This document shows positions 63,064-64,000 of a stretch of 64,000 nucleotides of DNA, one piece after another; position 1 is the first letter of the stretch; each line of letters starts with the position of its first letter. The notes beneath the pieces were generated by a model. The model worked only from the letters and a program-made list of their open reading frames with translations, did not search any database and was not told the origin of the DNA. Source of the stretch: Candidatus Heimdallarchaeota archaeon. GTDB taxonomy: Archaea; Asgardarchaeota; Heimdallarchaeia; Hodarchaeales; Hodarchaeaceae. Location of the stretch: contig RDOB01000005.1 of the NCBI GenBank assembly GCA_011364965.1, positions 96,001-160,000 on the forward strand, written 5' to 3'. The position numbers and the translations under genes are program-made.

Positions 63064-63843
63064 CTATTTGCTCTCTGAAATTAGGCAAGATGGCAAAATA
63101 ATGCAATAACTATTGCCTTTCTCTTTTGAGGGGTATATTCCTAATTTTCCTCCATAGTATTCAGCAATCATATTAGCAAGAGTAATTTCAATATTTTGAC
63201 CAAGATAATCCCACTCTTCATCAGCTAAATTTGACATTAGTTTATCACAAATTTTCTTAGAAAATGGTTCATTTTGAGATTCTGAAATAGTTATAATAAA
63301 ATAATTAAGATTAGAGTCGCAAGGTCTAGCTGAAATGCGAATGAAATTACCTCCTGCATTTTCTATAAAAATAAGAATTTCGGATATTAAAATACAAAAC
63401 AAATTATCTACAGAAATTTCATGATTAAGAGAATCTGTGTCTAGAGTGATATATAACTCAAATTTTGGAACCAAGTCTTCAAATAATCCTAAGAGAGAGA
63501 ATTTTTCATTTTGTTTCTCAAATGTAGAGTGTTGAACATTATGAATCAAAGATAAAGTATTAATTTTTTTTGAAGCTCTTAAACAAAGCTTGATCGCTTT
63601 AGCAACAGTTTCATCTAGTATTGAATGATTCTCAGATTTTATTACTTCTAGAATGAGCATTAATTTTTGTAGGTCGTTACGTATGAAATGGGACTGAATT
63701 GTATAGTAGAACTCTGGTTCATCTCGAATTCTAGGAGATTTTCCTCCATTTTGTTTTTCAATTGTCTTAATTTTACCAGTTTGGTCTATCATACCCTCGA
63801 GATCCTCCAGTATACCAGTTGAGGCATTTAGGGTTTGATTCAA
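63064..63843 (-). CDS. Degenerate histidine-kinase-like protein
   Basis: SHFIRNDLQ H-box-like segment; C-terminal AEYYGGKL...GNSY.I.LP; N, G1 and G2 boxes eroded. Confidence 0.6.
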   Translation of the reverse strand: MNQTLNASTGILEDLEGMIDQTGKIKTIEKQNGGKSPRIRDEPEFYYTIQSHFIRNDLQKLMLILEVIKSENHSILDETVAKAIKLCLRASKKINTLSLIHNVQHSTFEKQNEKFSLLGLFEDLVPKFELYITLDTDSLNHEISVDNLFCILISEILIFIENAGGNFIRISARPCDSNLNYFIITISESQNEPFSKKICDKLMSNLADEEWDYLGQNIEITLANMIAEYYGGKLGIYPSKEKGNSYCIILPSCLISESK

Positions 63844-64000
63844 GTGGATAGATTGAAAAGCTATGATTATTTTAGAAAACCTTATAAAGCCTGTTCGATC
63901 TATTCTCTATTCGATCGAATGGATCCTTTTTAGAATAGATTTAAAATCGTTTGGAATCTGGCCGTTCGGTTTCCTGTGGTATGAGACGGAATGTACTATG

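Noticed and set aside
1-64000. CRISPR arrays, tRNA/rRNA genes, transposases, integrases
   Set aside because: None recognised by eye; a covariance-model scan would be needed to exclude small RNAs.

Overview
AT-rich (roughly one-third GC by eye), gene-dense archaeal chromosomal segment. It most likely comes from an Asgard archaeon (Heimdallarchaeia-like). This is inferred from four longin/roadblock-type proteins, archaeal-type Lhr, AlaX and a nucleotidyltransferase, GGTGA/GGAGG RBSs and frequent TTG starts. I saw no rRNA, tRNA, CRISPR array or transposase. Content is dominated by peptide and organic-matter catabolism (S9, M28, M29, M48 and M3B peptidases, OPT-like transporter, IlvE, 5'-nucleotidase, hydrolases), plus an Lhr helicase with a metallophosphoesterase, an orphan MCP, a MacB-type ABC pair and two pseudogenes. 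Main points of interest: (1) two diverged NadE-fold paralogues with eroded catalytic motifs flanking an ArsB/NhaD-type transporter that is itself motif-degenerate; (2) a translationally coupled GH36-like glycosidase and plant-type glucuronokinase-like kinase; (3) a longin plus pseudo-receiver fusion; (4) zinc-finger microproteins, including a PHD-like one and two ORFs absent from the supplied track; (5) an intact-looking APH(3') aminoglycoside kinase. All family calls come from motif recognition by eye; no searches were run.
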